NCBI GenBank assembly: GCA_003280995.1
Contig: QCDG01000007.1
Location: forward strand, 25,026 to 89,025
Length of the DNA: 64,000 nucleotides
Source of the DNA: Prochlorococcus sp. AG-355-A09
GTDB taxonomy: Bacteria; Cyanobacteriota; Cyanobacteriia; PCC-6307; Cyanobiaceae
Direction: 5' to 3'
The translations under genes were made by a program, and so were the position numbers. The first letter of the stretch is position 1, and each line of letters starts with the position of its first letter. The notes beneath the pieces were generated by a model. It saw only the letters and a program-made list of their open reading frames with translations. It did no database searches and was not told the DNA's origin. This document shows, one piece after another, positions 49,334 to 60,154 of the stretch.

Positions 49334-50068
49334 ATGATTAATATGTTTAATTTCAACTTATTCAAAAATATAGGATTTCTTCTCTACTTATTTGTTTATC
49401 TTATTTTTCCCTATTCAGCAATAACGCAAACTTTGAAAGTCGATTTTATAAGAAATCTAGAAAAATCCTTAAATGCAAAAGATTTAGAATTCATTAGAAA
49501 AAATTTTAGAAATGAAGAAAGCCAAAATATACAAAAACAATTTTCAGAGATTATTAATGATTTCCCTAACAGCAAATGGAAGATCAAAAGGTTAAAATCT
49601 AATATTCCAGATGAAGATATTTTGCGAATAAAAGTTTTTGGGGAAAAAATAGTTAATGGAGAAATATATATACTCGAATCCAAATTTGATTATTTATTTT
49701 CAAACGTAAATGGAAAAATACATGAAGGGATTATCAAAAATTTATTCACCACAATAAGAAACGATAATAAAAAAATTGATATTAGTTTTAATATTCCTGA
49801 TAGAGTTCTTACTGGTTCAAAATACGATATCGATATAATTCTAAATAAGCCTCTTGAAGAAGTGATTATTGCTGGAGCTATAAAACCTCATCAAGTTAAT
49901 TCATTGTTTGAACAAGAAATATTACTGGAGCCATTGGCGTCTGGAGGAATTTTTAAAATAACAAGAGCCCCTTCAAAACCAGGGACACAAATTTGGTCAG
50001 GAGTCATAGCTCATCCTGAAGGAATGATTACTTTCACAAAGAGCATTGATATTGTTGATAAGATATAG
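49334..50068 (+). CDS. Hypothetical exported or membrane-anchored protein
   Basis: 244 aa with an N-terminal hydrophobic signal or anchor. No motif recognised. Confidence 0.55.
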   Translation: MINMFNFNLFKNIGFLLYLFVYLIFPYSAITQTLKVDFIRNLEKSLNAKDLEFIRKNFRNEESQNIQKQFSEIINDFPNSKWKIKRLKSNIPDEDILRIKVFGEKIVNGEIYILESKFDYLFSNVNGKIHEGIIKNLFTTIRNDNKKIDISFNIPDRVLTGSKYDIDIILNKPLEEVIIAGAIKPHQVNSLFEQEILLEPLASGGIFKITRAPSKPGTQIWSGVIAHPEGMITFTKSIDIVDKI

Positions 50069-50069
50069 C

Positions 50070-51278
50070 CTAAGCGTCGTTTAACGCAGCCACACCTGGT
50101 AAAGTTTTACCCTCTAAAAGTTCCAAACTAGCCCCACCTCCAGTAGATATATGAGACATTTTCTCAGCTAATCCTGCTTTTTCAACTGCTGCGACTGAAT
50201 CTCCACCACCAATTATTGTACAAACTTCAGAAAAAGCACTTAAGTCCGCAAGAGTCGTAGCTATTGCATTTGTACCGTCTGCAAATTTATCAAATTCAAA
50301 AACTCCCATTGGACCATTCCAAATAATTGTCTTACATTCTGCAAGAGCATTCTGAAAAACTTTAATGGAATCTGGACCAATATCTAGACCCATCCAATTC
50401 CCACTAATTGCATCAATTTGAGATATTTTACTATTGGCGTCAGGAGAAAATTCATCAGCCAAAACAACATCAGTGGGTAATAGCAATTCTACTCCTTTTG
50501 CTTTTGCTTTTGCTTCTAAATCTTTAGCAAGCTCGAGTTTATCTTCTTCTACAAGGCTCTTTCCGACATCTAAACCTCTAGCTTTATAAAAAGTGAAAAT
50601 CATACCTCCACCAATCATGATTTTGTCACACTTATCTAGTAAAGAATCAAGTACTCCAATTTTGCTACTAACCTTTGATCCTCCAACTATTGCTGCCAAT
50701 GGACGATTTGGGGAATCTACAGCTCCTTGTAGGTATTTCAATTCTTTTTCTAAAAGAAATCCAGCTACTGAGGGACTTAAATAATTTGTAACACCCTGAG
50801 TTGAAGCATGCGCTCTATGAGCAGCACCGAAAGCATCATTTACGTACATATCTGCATGTGATGCTAATTTTTTAGCAAACTCCATGTCGTTCTTTTCCTC
50901 TTCACCAAAAAAACGAACATTCTCAAGTAAAAGAACATCTCCATTAGATAAGCTATTTGATTGTGCAACTGCTTCATCACCAATACAACTGTTAGTAAGA
51001 GCAACATTTTGCCCCAACAATTCACTTAATCTTGCTGCTACTGGAGTTAATCTCATTTTTTCATTTACCTGACCCTTCGGTCTACCAAAATGAGCAGCTA
51101 AAATAACTTTTGCAGAATGATTAATAAGATATTCAATAGTTGGGATCGCTGCACGAATACGCGTATCGTCGGTTATTTGACCGTCTTCATTTAATGGAAC
51201 ATTAAAATCTACTCTTACAAGAACTTTTTTTCCTTCTAAATGTGTCTTATCAAGACTGGAAAGAGATAATTTTGACAT
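50070..51278 (-). CDS. pgk: Phosphoglycerate kinase
   Basis: 402 aa. Has RVDFNVP, HFGRPKG and STGGGASLE. Confidence 0.97.
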   Translation of the reverse strand: MSKLSLSSLDKTHLEGKKVLVRVDFNVPLNEDGQITDDTRIRAAIPTIEYLINHSAKVILAAHFGRPKGQVNEKMRLTPVAARLSELLGQNVALTNSCIGDEAVAQSNSLSNGDVLLLENVRFFGEEEKNDMEFAKKLASHADMYVNDAFGAAHRAHASTQGVTNYLSPSVAGFLLEKELKYLQGAVDSPNRPLAAIVGGSKVSSKIGVLDSLLDKCDKIMIGGGMIFTFYKARGLDVGKSLVEEDKLELAKDLEAKAKAKGVELLLPTDVVLADEFSPDANSKISQIDAISGNWMGLDIGPDSIKVFQNALAECKTIIWNGPMGVFEFDKFADGTNAIATTLADLSAFSEVCTIIGGGDSVAAVEKAGLAEKMSHISTGGGASLELLEGKTLPGVAALNDA

Positions 51279-51340
51279 TAAACAAGCTATATTTATAATC
51301 TCAAGACCCTAACGTTAATTTGGGCTTATTGGGTTAAAAA

Positions 51341-51354
51341 GTAGTTACTGTTAC
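51341..51354. promoter_or_regulatory. Perfect NtcA-type palindrome GTA-N8-TAC in the pgk/rbgA divergent intergenic region
   Basis: Sequence is GTAGTTACTGTTAC. Towards pgk, 23 nt downstream, lies TAACGT (51312-51317), which fits TAN3T. The pgk ATG is at 51278. A chance occurrence is plausible. Confidence 0.3.
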
Positions 51355-51489
51355 CTATGCCTTAATAAATTTTAAGAATTAACGATTATAAAAATTTTTA
51401 GTTATTAAATTTATACTAAAATTTAGAAGTAAATACTTTTGAAACTTATAAAACTAAAAGGAATACAAAATTTTATTTGATTTATTGAA

Positions 51490-52362
51490 GTGGACATACC
51501 CAAAATCCAATGGTACCCAGGCCATATCGCAAAAGCAGAAAAGAAATTATCTGAAGTTATCAATAAAGTAGATTTAGTTATCGAAGTGAGAGATGCACGA
51601 ATTCCTTTGTCAACAGGACATCCACACTTAAATAAATGGATAAATAATAAAAAACATATTCTTGTCATTAACAGATCAGATATGATCTCCCCGAATACAA
51701 TCAATAGTTGGAATAAATGGTTTAATTCTAAAGATCAATATCCTCTTTGGTGTGATGCTAAAAGAGGAATAGGGATTAAAGAAATTTGTAAGTCAGCCAA
51801 AGATTCTAGGTCTTCAATCGACGATAGAAGACTCTCTAGAGGAATGCGAATTAGGCCAATTAGAGCCCTTACACTTGGTTTTCCAAACGTAGGAAAGTCG
51901 GCATTAATTAATAGAATCGCAAAAAAAAGAGTTGTAGATAGCGCTAGGAAAGCAGGCGTGACTCGTAATTTAAGATGGATAAAATTAGAAAGTGGTATAG
52001 ATCTGCTAGATGCTCCTGGTGTTATACCTCCAAATTTAGAAGATCAAAAATCAGCACTTAATCTTGCACTTTGTGACGATATTGGAGAAGCTGCTTATGA
52101 AATAGAGAGTGTCGCAATTGGATTTATCAAAATTATATCCACTCTCAACAAAGATAAGAATGCGAATATCTCAGTTAAACAAATATCTAATAGATATGGA
52201 GTTGATATTACTAAAGGCTTTAAGAGTCCTTCTGCTTGGATCGACGAAGCAGCTTCAAAACATACCTCTGGCGATAAAAGGAGAATGTCTCATAAGTTAT
52301 TGGAAGATTATAGAAATCAAATGCTGGGTAAAATTGCTTTAGAAGTCCCACTATGGAATTAA
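51490..52362 (+). CDS. rbgA: Ribosome biogenesis GTPase A (YlqF/RbgA, circularly permuted GTPase)
   Basis: 290 aa from a GTG start. Has IQWYPGHIAKA, NRSD and GFPNVGKSALIN. Confidence 0.9.
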   Translation: MDIPKIQWYPGHIAKAEKKLSEVINKVDLVIEVRDARIPLSTGHPHLNKWINNKKHILVINRSDMISPNTINSWNKWFNSKDQYPLWCDAKRGIGIKEICKSAKDSRSSIDDRRLSRGMRIRPIRALTLGFPNVGKSALINRIAKKRVVDSARKAGVTRNLRWIKLESGIDLLDAPGVIPPNLEDQKSALNLALCDDIGEAAYEIESVAIGFIKIISTLNKDKNANISVKQISNRYGVDITKGFKSPSAWIDEAASKHTSGDKRRMSHKLLEDYRNQMLGKIALEVPLWN

Positions 52363-53312
52363 ATAATCAAAATTCTTTCGGCATTGGAGAAGGTGAGCTT
52401 ATAGAAATTATTTATGAGCTACCTCTTCCTATGAGGCTAGACAGATGGTTGGTAAGTAAAAGGCCAGAACAAAGTAGAGCAAGAATTCAACATTTTATAA
52501 ATTCAGGTTTAGTACTTGTAAACTATAAGACTGCGAAAGCAAAGACCCCATTAAGAAATGGCGACAATATTCAAATATGGATGCCTCCTCCAGAACCTCT
52601 TATTTATTTGAAACCTGAAAAAATGGATTTAAATATCCTTTTTGAAGACGAGCACATCATAGTAATTAATAAACAATCAGGACTAATTGTTCATCCAGCC
52701 CCTGGACACAAATCTGGAACTTTAGTAAATGGATTACTTTTTCACTGTAAAGATCTACCTGGAATTAATGGGAAACTAAGACCTGGGATTGTTCACAGAT
52801 TAGATAAAGATACCTCCGGATGTATGGTTGTTGCAAAAAGCCAAGAGGCATTAGTAAATCTCCAGAAACAAATTAAAGAAAAAATAGCATCACGCGAATA
52901 TATTGCAGTAATTCATGGAGCACCGAATTGTGAAGAAGGCCAAATAGTGGGAAACATTGGCAGAGATAAATTAAATAGATTGAAATATAAAGTAGTTGAA
53001 GAAACTTCAGGAAGGTATGCCTGTACCTATTGGAAATTAGAAGAAAGATTTGGCAATTACTCATTAATGAGTTTCAAACTAGATACGGGGCGAACGCATC
53101 AAATAAGAGTACATTGCGCTCACATTAATCATCCAATTGTGGGTGATCCGTTATATGGAAGATGTAAAAAACTACCATGTAAATTAGATGGCCAAGCTTT
53201 ACACGCCATTAAGCTTGGACTTATACATCCAATAAATGGTAAAGAAATGATATTTGAATCAGAATTACCATTAGATTTTCAAAAATTACTAAGTGTTCTT
53301 AAAATTAAATAA
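52353..53312 (+). CDS. rluD: 23S rRNA pseudouridine synthase, RluA/RluD family
   Basis: 319 aa. S4 domain and HRLDKDTSG catalytic motif. Confidence 0.9.
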   Translation: MELNNQNSFGIGEGELIEIIYELPLPMRLDRWLVSKRPEQSRARIQHFINSGLVLVNYKTAKAKTPLRNGDNIQIWMPPPEPLIYLKPEKMDLNILFEDEHIIVINKQSGLIVHPAPGHKSGTLVNGLLFHCKDLPGINGKLRPGIVHRLDKDTSGCMVVAKSQEALVNLQKQIKEKIASREYIAVIHGAPNCEEGQIVGNIGRDKLNRLKYKVVEETSGRYACTYWKLEERFGNYSLMSFKLDTGRTHQIRVHCAHINHPIVGDPLYGRCKKLPCKLDGQALHAIKLGLIHPINGKEMIFESELPLDFQKLLSVLKIK

Positions 53313-54903
53313 GGTTCAAAGAGGAATTTAGAAGCGATTTTGTATACGTGTTTTGAGTTTTAGTGAATATTGTGGAACTTTCTCCTTCATCAACTATCTT
53401 TCCGTGATTCATAACTAGCAACCTATCACAAAATCTTTTAGCAATGCCCAAATCATGAGTAATAAAGATAATCGTTAAATTCATTTTTTCTTGCAAGACT
53501 CTAAGTAATTCAAGAATCTCTATTTTTACTGAAGCATCCAACATATTAACGCTCTCATCACAAATCAAAATTTTTGGTTTCAACAATAGCGCTCTGGCTA
53601 ATGAAATTCTTTGCAATTGACCACCAGATAATTGGCTAGGATAAGAATTAAAAAAATCATTATTTAGGGGAAGATTCAAATTTCTAAACATTAATTTTAT
53701 TTCTTTTTCGATTTTTCTTTTATCTGAAATTTTTTGAATAAAAAATATATCTTCCAAAATACTTTTAATTGTCATTTTCGGGTTCAAACTTGAAAAAGGA
53801 TCTTGAAAAATAATTTGCACTTTATTATTCTTTTTAAAAGATTTATTTTTTTTCGATGCATGATTTTTATCATAAATTTTGATTTCACCACCTCTTACTT
53901 TAAGAAGTCCAATTAAAGCCCTACATAATGTACTTTTACCACTCCCTGAAGAACCAACTATTCCAAGAGTCTCATTCTCATATAACTTGAAACTAACTTC
54001 ATTTAAAGCCTTATTCCATTTATTGATGAAAATTGAAGAATTTAATTTATACCAATGTCTTAGGTTATTTACCTCTAGAACAACCTGATCTCGAGCATTA
54101 TTTTTAGTATTTGGTTCTAATACTATTTTTGAAGCATTTACTAACTTTTTCCCGATATCTGAATTTGGTGATTGAAAAATATCTAATATATTCCCTTTTT
54201 CAACAATCGATCCATCTTCGATTATTGCAACTTTTTTACACCACTTTGCTGCAAGATTAATATCATGACTAATTAAAATTAAAGTTGTATCAAATTCATT
54301 ACATAGATGAATTATTTCTTGCATAATTTCAAAACTTGTTTTGGTATCTAAGCTTGTTGTAGGTTCATCAGCTATTAATAATTTAGGTTTCAAAGCAAGT
54401 GCCATTGCTATAGAAACTCTCTGTCTCATTCCGCCGCTAAATTGATGTGGGAAAGAATCAAGTCTACTTTCTTCAATTCCGACTTTTTGAAAAACTTCTC
54501 TTACTAATTTTTTAATAGCTAAAGATGATTTAGTTTGATCATGTGTTTTAAATAATTCATATAAATGATCCCCAACTCTCATTAGCGGATTAAGTTTTTT
54601 TATAGAGTCTTGATAAATAAATCCAAAATTCTTTCTTCTAAATAATTGTGAATCTTTGTTGTTTATTTTCCTAGGATCTACATTAGAAATCGATAGATAC
54701 CCTTTAGAAGTGGCCTTTGCAGGCAATATATTTACTAATGTTTTTGCAAAAGTGGTCTTTCCACATCCAGAAGGTCCTATTATGGCCAAATGATCTCCAC
54801 TATCTATTTCCAAATTAAAATTTTTGATAATAGGTTGCTGTTTTAGACCATATTTAACAGTGAGATTTTTAACTACAATAATTTTTTCTTTATTTTTTTC
54901 CAT
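53305..54903 (-). CDS. ABC transporter ATP-binding protein with duplicated ATPase domains (peptide/nickel DppD/F-like)
   Basis: 532 aa. Two Walker A motifs (GPSGCGKTT, GSSGSGKST) and two signatures (FSGGMRQR, LSGGQLQR). No permease gene is adjacent. Confidence 0.88.
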   Translation of the reverse strand: MEKNKEKIIVVKNLTVKYGLKQQPIIKNFNLEIDSGDHLAIIGPSGCGKTTFAKTLVNILPAKATSKGYLSISNVDPRKINNKDSQLFRRKNFGFIYQDSIKKLNPLMRVGDHLYELFKTHDQTKSSLAIKKLVREVFQKVGIEESRLDSFPHQFSGGMRQRVSIAMALALKPKLLIADEPTTSLDTKTSFEIMQEIIHLCNEFDTTLILISHDINLAAKWCKKVAIIEDGSIVEKGNILDIFQSPNSDIGKKLVNASKIVLEPNTKNNARDQVVLEVNNLRHWYKLNSSIFINKWNKALNEVSFKLYENETLGIVGSSGSGKSTLCRALIGLLKVRGGEIKIYDKNHASKKNKSFKKNNKVQIIFQDPFSSLNPKMTIKSILEDIFFIQKISDKRKIEKEIKLMFRNLNLPLNNDFFNSYPSQLSGGQLQRISLARALLLKPKILICDESVNMLDASVKIEILELLRVLQEKMNLTIIFITHDLGIAKRFCDRLLVMNHGKIVDEGESSTIFTKTQNTYTKSLLNSSLNLI

Positions 54904-54957
54904 GATTTATAGCAAATTTTTCTAGACATAAATAAAATACATCTAAAGCAATATAAA

Positions 54958-57267
54958 ATGTCTGAGGCAACTGCAAATTCAAAAGAAAAAAACGAAATTG
55001 AAGTTTCCAAAACTATTTTGCCTGAAAATAAAAAATATGAAAGTGAATCTTTGAATTATCAAATAAACATTCCCGATTGGCTTCTTAAAGATATTCATAT
55101 TTTTGAAAAATCAAATAAAGAAAATGATGAGAATCAAAATCTTATAGTTAAGGCTTTTAAACTTGCTTATAAAGCTCATGATGGACAATTCCGTGCGAGC
55201 GGCGAGCCATACATTATCCACCCAGTTGCTGTTGCAAATCTCCTTAAAGAAATAGGTGCTAGTTCATCTGTTATTGCTGCAGGCCTTTTACATGATGTAG
55301 TTGAAGATACTGGCATTGATTTATCTGAAATAGAAACAAATTTTGGATTAGAAGTAAAAATACTTGTAGAGGGTGTAACAAAATTAGGCGGCATTCACTT
55401 TAACAACAGGACTGAAGCACAAGCTGAAAATCTTAGGAAAATGTTTTTGGCTATGGCCAGCGATATCAGAGTTGTCTTAGTTAAACTTGCAGATCGACTT
55501 CATAACATGAGAACAATTGAATGGCTAAATGATGAGAAAAAGCTAAGAATAGCGAGAGAAACAAGAGAGATTTATGCACCATTAGCTAATCGACTAGGAA
55601 TAAACAGATTTAAATGGGAATTAGAAGATTTAGCTTTTAAATTCCTAGAGCCTAAAGAATATCTAGATCTTAAAGATCAAATCGCCGTTAAAAGAAGTGA
55701 TAGAGAAAAAAGATTAAAAGTAACTTTGAATCTTATGAAGGAAAACTTGAATTCAGCGGGTTTGAAAAATTTTGAAATAACAGGAAGGCCAAAACATCTT
55801 TATGGCATCTGGAGCAAAATGGAAAGACAACAAAAGCATTTTCACGAGATTTACGATGTTGCTGCCCTAAGAATTATCGTGGACAATTCAGATAGTTGTT
55901 ATAGAGCTTTAGCAGTTGTTCATGATACTTTCAAACCAATTCCAGGAAGATTTAAAGACTATATAGGATTACCAAAACCCAATGGATATCAGTCCTTACA
56001 CACTTCTGTGATTGGAAGACATCGACCTATTGAAGTTCAAATTAGAACTACTTCTATGCATCAAATTGCTGAATATGGTATTGCCGCTCATTGGCAATAT
56101 AAAGAGGGTGGTTCTCCTGCTAAAAGTAATGCCGAGAGATTTAATTGGCTAAGACAATTAGTAGAATGGCAACAAGAAGGTAATGAAAGGGATCATAATG
56201 ATTATTTAGCTTCAATTAAAGAAGATTTATTTGATGAAGAAGTATTTGTAATAACTCCAAAAGGAGATGTTGTTGGTTTAAGGAAAGGATCTACCGCGAT
56301 AGATTTCGCCTACAGAATCCATTCTGAAGTTGGAAATCACTGTAATGGAATAAGAATTAATGAAAAGCTTTCTCCATTATCTACACCACTTCAAAATGGT
56401 GACTTCATAGAAATTTTGACAAGTAATAATGCTACTCCAAGCTTGGATTGGCTGAACTTTGTAGTTACGCCAACTGCTAAAAATAGAATTCGCCAATGGT
56501 ATAAGAAAAGCCATCGTGATGAAACGATTAAAAGAGGTAGAGATTTACTTGAAAAAGAAGTAGGTAGAAACGGTTTTGAAGCATTACTTTCTAGTGAAGC
56601 CATGAAAAAAGTTGCAAATCGATGCAATTTAAAAACTACTGAAGACCTTCTTGCATCTCTTGGTTTTGGTGGTTTAACTTTGCATCAAGTATTAAACAGA
56701 CTAAGAGAAGAAATAAAATTACAGACAGAAGATGTTAAAAATGATTCTGACTCTGAAATAGCAAAATCTCTTAAAAGTAATAATAATTTATCCACTAATC
56801 AATCTAGTACAGCAGCTAAATCACCAATTTCCGGGATAGAAGGTCTTGATTACAGAATAGGTAAATGCTGTTCCCCACTCCCAGGCGAGGATATTATCGG
56901 AACTGTGTCGCTCGGCAACCATGGGATAACTATACATAGGGAAGATTGTGAAAATGTAATACCAATTCCAATAGAGAGAAGATTACCTGTCGGTTGGAAT
57001 CAAGATAATAAAACTAGCGATAATAAGTTTCCAATTCAGCTACGAATAGAAGTAATTGATCGAGTTGGAGTTCTTAAAGATATTCTTATGCGGTTATCTG
57101 ATAAAGGTATAAACGTTAGTGATGCCAATGTTAAAACTGCTTATGGTAAGCCAGCTATTATAAATCTTTGTGTAGGTCTTGAAAGTTATAATCAACTTCA
57201 CAAAACAATTGAACAAATTAAATCAATGGCAGATGTTTTAGATATTGCCAGAGTTGGACAAAGTTAA
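54958..57267 (+). CDS. spoT: Bifunctional (p)ppGpp synthetase/hydrolase RelA/SpoT homologue
   Basis: 769 aa. HD domain (HPVAVA...LHDVVEDT), synthetase domain (GRPKHLYGIWSKM), TGS and ACT domains. Confidence 0.95.
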   Translation: MSEATANSKEKNEIEVSKTILPENKKYESESLNYQINIPDWLLKDIHIFEKSNKENDENQNLIVKAFKLAYKAHDGQFRASGEPYIIHPVAVANLLKEIGASSSVIAAGLLHDVVEDTGIDLSEIETNFGLEVKILVEGVTKLGGIHFNNRTEAQAENLRKMFLAMASDIRVVLVKLADRLHNMRTIEWLNDEKKLRIARETREIYAPLANRLGINRFKWELEDLAFKFLEPKEYLDLKDQIAVKRSDREKRLKVTLNLMKENLNSAGLKNFEITGRPKHLYGIWSKMERQQKHFHEIYDVAALRIIVDNSDSCYRALAVVHDTFKPIPGRFKDYIGLPKPNGYQSLHTSVIGRHRPIEVQIRTTSMHQIAEYGIAAHWQYKEGGSPAKSNAERFNWLRQLVEWQQEGNERDHNDYLASIKEDLFDEEVFVITPKGDVVGLRKGSTAIDFAYRIHSEVGNHCNGIRINEKLSPLSTPLQNGDFIEILTSNNATPSLDWLNFVVTPTAKNRIRQWYKKSHRDETIKRGRDLLEKEVGRNGFEALLSSEAMKKVANRCNLKTTEDLLASLGFGGLTLHQVLNRLREEIKLQTEDVKNDSDSEIAKSLKSNNNLSTNQSSTAAKSPISGIEGLDYRIGKCCSPLPGEDIIGTVSLGNHGITIHREDCENVIPIPIERRLPVGWNQDNKTSDNKFPIQLRIEVIDRVGVLKDILMRLSDKGINVSDANVKTAYGKPAIINLCVGLESYNQLHKTIEQIKSMADVLDIARVGQS

Positions 57268-57285
57268 TTTTAAAATCAGATCAAT

Positions 57286-57729
57286 CTATCTTTTACTTTT
57301 TATCTTGTAGATAAAGAAAACAATACTGCCGCAAATCAAAGCTAATAAAATACCTACACAAGATGAACCTAAGAGTAATTTTAAGGAAAAAATTCTACCT
57401 TGTTTCCATAAGTCATCAATAACTAAACTTTTTTCAAGAATTTTATTAGAAGGATTATTTAAAAAAATCGAACCAACTTTATAGTTAAAATAATAAAGTG
57501 GAATATAAGTAAAAGGGTTGCTGATCCAGGTACCAATTGCAGCTAGAACAATATTTCCCTTAGCTATTTTCGCAAAAAATACTCCCATTAAAGTCTGAAA
57601 ACCAAAAAATGGAAAGCAACCACTAAATACCCCTATAGCTAAACCTTTAGCATTAAAGAAAGGACTTCCATTCTGACTCCTAAATAATGATAGAATTTTC
57701 TTATAGGTAATATCTCTTTTAAATCTCAT
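57286..57729 (-). CDS. DUF2062-family membrane protein
   Basis: 147 aa. Pattern AKGLAIGVFSGCFPFFGFQT...ISNPFTYIPLYY. Confidence 0.7.
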   Translation of the reverse strand: MRFKRDITYKKILSLFRSQNGSPFFNAKGLAIGVFSGCFPFFGFQTLMGVFFAKIAKGNIVLAAIGTWISNPFTYIPLYYFNYKVGSIFLNNPSNKILEKSLVIDDLWKQGRIFSLKLLLGSSCVGILLALICGSIVFFIYKIKSKR

Positions 57730-57795
57730 TCAGAAAGAAAATTTCAAAATTAAATTCTTGATAATCTTACTTAATTATCCATAACAAAGCGAGAG

Positions 57796-59178
57796 ATGGA
57801 TTCGATAGTTACTACAGAAGATACGATAGCCGCAATTGCTTCAGCTATAAGTATTGGGAAGGGAGGAGTTGCGATAATAAGAGTATCAGGGAAAGACGCA
57901 ATAAATTCTTGCAAAAAGATTGTTCAAACTAAATCTAAATATGCATGGAAATCACACAGAGTTTTTCGTGGTTTTATTCAAGAAAATAAACAAAATAAAT
58001 TTATAGATGAGGTTTTAATTTTAGTGATGAAATCCCCAAATAGCTTCACAGGAGAGGATGTGGTTGAACTTCATTGCCATGGCGGAATTATCATAGTAAA
58101 CAAAGTTTTAAAGATATTATTATCTAATAATTCTAGAGTTAGACTTGCAAACCCAGGAGAATTTAGTCAAAGAGCTTTTCTTAATGGGAAAATAGACCTT
58201 ACTCAAGCTGAGTCGATTAATCAATTAATTAATTCAAGCAATACCAGATCAGCCGAGTTAGCCTTTAGCGGGGTTCAAGGAGAAATAAAGAAAAAAATTG
58301 ATGATATTAAAAATGACCTTATAAATCAACTTTGCGAAATAGAAGCGAGAGTTGATTTTGAAGAAGACTTCAAAGATTTTGATTACACCAAATATCTAAA
58401 AAACATTAAAAAAGTCAAAGAAAAAATAGAATTACTAATAGAAAATGCAAAAAGAAATTCATATATTCACAATGGCATATCCATTGCGCTTATAGGTAAA
58501 ACAAATGTTGGCAAAAGCTCTTTATTAAATTTGCTTGCAAAAAAAGAGAAAGCAATCGTAACTAATATTCCTGGAACAACTAGAGATGTTATTGAAGTTA
58601 ATTTAACTATTAATGATATTCCAATGAAAATAATTGATACTGCTGGCATAAGAGAAACTCATGAACAAATTGAAAGTATTGGAATTAAAAAAAGTTTTGG
58701 GAAAATAAAAGAGTCAGATTTTATAATTTATATTTATAGTCTTGAAGAAGGATTTAATGAAGAAGACAAAAAAATAATACAAGAAATTCCCAAAGAAAAA
58801 TTAATTACTATTTTGGGCAATAAAAAAGATTTAATTGATTGCAAAAATATTAATTCAAATGAGTTAAAAAACACAATTCTTATGAGTATTAAGAATAATG
58901 ATGGTGAAAGATTATTAATAGACACAATTATAAAAAAATGCGGATTAAAACAACTAGAAAATATCAATATATTTTTAAACGAAAGACATCTAACAAATTT
59001 GTCTGCTTGCTTATCTAATTTAAATGATACTGATGAAATAATTGAAAATAAATTGCCATTTGATTTGTTATCAATTGAGCTGAGAGATGGAATTCAAAAC
59101 TTATCTAAAATAACTGGTCAAGAATTAACAGAGGAACTTCTAGATAATATTTTTTCTAAGTTTTGTATTGGTAAATAA
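57796..59178 (+). CDS. mnmE: tRNA modification GTPase MnmE (TrmE)
   Basis: 460 aa. Has [28 protein letters not shown] and C-terminal FCIGK. Confidence 0.95.
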   Translation: MDSIVTTEDTIAAIASAISIGKGGVAIIRVSGKDAINSCKKIVQTKSKYAWKSHRVFRGFIQENKQNKFIDEVLILVMKSPNSFTGEDVVELHCHGGIIIVNKVLKILLSNNSRVRLANPGEFSQRAFLNGKIDLTQAESINQLINSSNTRSAELAFSGVQGEIKKKIDDIKNDLINQLCEIEARVDFEEDFKDFDYTKYLKNIKKVKEKIELLIENAKRNSYIHNGISIALIGKTNVGKSSLLNLLAKKEKAIVTNIPGTTRDVIEVNLTINDIPMKIIDTAGIRETHEQIESIGIKKSFGKIKESDFIIYIYSLEEGFNEEDKKIIQEIPKEKLITILGNKKDLIDCKNINSNELKNTILMSIKNNDGERLLIDTIIKKCGLKQLENINIFLNERHLTNLSACLSNLNDTDEIIENKLPFDLLSIELRDGIQNLSKITGQELTEELLDNIFSKFCIGK

Positions 59179-59260
59179 ATTTGAGTTAAATTACATAGTG
59201 ATATATAGTTGATTCTCTAACTTCAGTTTAATTTTTATTAATTAATTATTTCTTAGTTTA

Positions 59261-60127
59261 GTGGATTTAAATACTCCAATAATAAGTAAAATCATTGATA
59301 ATTGGATCGATGAAGATATAGGTAGGGGAGATCTTACAAGTTCCTCTATTACAGAAGAGAATGGTAATGCATATTGGATTGCAAAAGAAGAGGGTATATT
59401 CTGCGGGGTTGAAATTATAAAAGAAATTTTTAGAAAAATTGATTTAAAAATCAGTCCAAAATTTAATATCTCTGATGGAGATCAATTTGTTAAAGATCAA
59501 AAACTCTTAGAAATATATGGGCCTTCAAAAAGTTTGCTAGCTAGTGAAAGAATAAGCTTAAATATAGCAATGCATTTATCTGGAATATCAACATACACAA
59601 AGAATCTCGTAAATAAGTTAGAAGGTACAAATATAAAATTAGCAGATACTAGGAAAACGACTCCTGGCTTAAGAATATTTGAAAAATATGCATTCAAATG
59701 CGGAGGTGGAGTCAATCATAGAATGGGATTATACGATGCAGCTATGATAAAAGAAAATCACATTGCATGGACAGATAATCTTAATAATGCAGTAAAAAAA
59801 ATTCGACTAAATTCGCCTTTTACAACTCATATCATAATTGAAGCTGAGAATATCGAACAGGCAAAAGAAGCAGTATTAGCAGGAGCAGATAGTGTCTTAT
59901 TGGATGAACTTAGCCCTGAAATAATCAAAAAAAACGTTCAAGAATTAAGAGATTTATCAATGAATAGCTTAAAAAAAGAAGTAAATAAAAATTTGATAAT
60001 AGAAGTTTCTGGAATTAACCCTGAAGAAATTAGTAAATATCTAATAAAAGGTATTGATTTGATTTCAACAAGTTCTTCAATCACCAAAAGTAATTGGATT
60101 GATTTGAGTATGCGTTATATTAATTAA
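59261..60127 (+). CDS. nadC: Nicotinate-nucleotide pyrophosphorylase (carboxylating)
   Basis: 288 aa from a GTG start. Has DIGRGDLTS, TRKTTPGLR and KENH. Confidence 0.92.
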   Translation: MDLNTPIISKIIDNWIDEDIGRGDLTSSSITEENGNAYWIAKEEGIFCGVEIIKEIFRKIDLKISPKFNISDGDQFVKDQKLLEIYGPSKSLLASERISLNIAMHLSGISTYTKNLVNKLEGTNIKLADTRKTTPGLRIFEKYAFKCGGGVNHRMGLYDAAMIKENHIAWTDNLNNAVKKIRLNSPFTTHIIIEAENIEQAKEAVLAGADSVLLDELSPEIIKKNVQELRDLSMNSLKKEVNKNLIIEVSGINPEEISKYLIKGIDLISTSSSITKSNWIDLSMRYIN

Positions 60128-60154
60128 TTATATAGATAAATAATTGAATAATTA

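Noticed and set aside
51423-51704. 93-aa minus-strand ORF spanning the pgk/rbgA spacer and the rbgA 5' end
   Set aside because: It overlaps the well-supported rbgA gene in antisense, and its sequence is hydrophobic and low-complexity.
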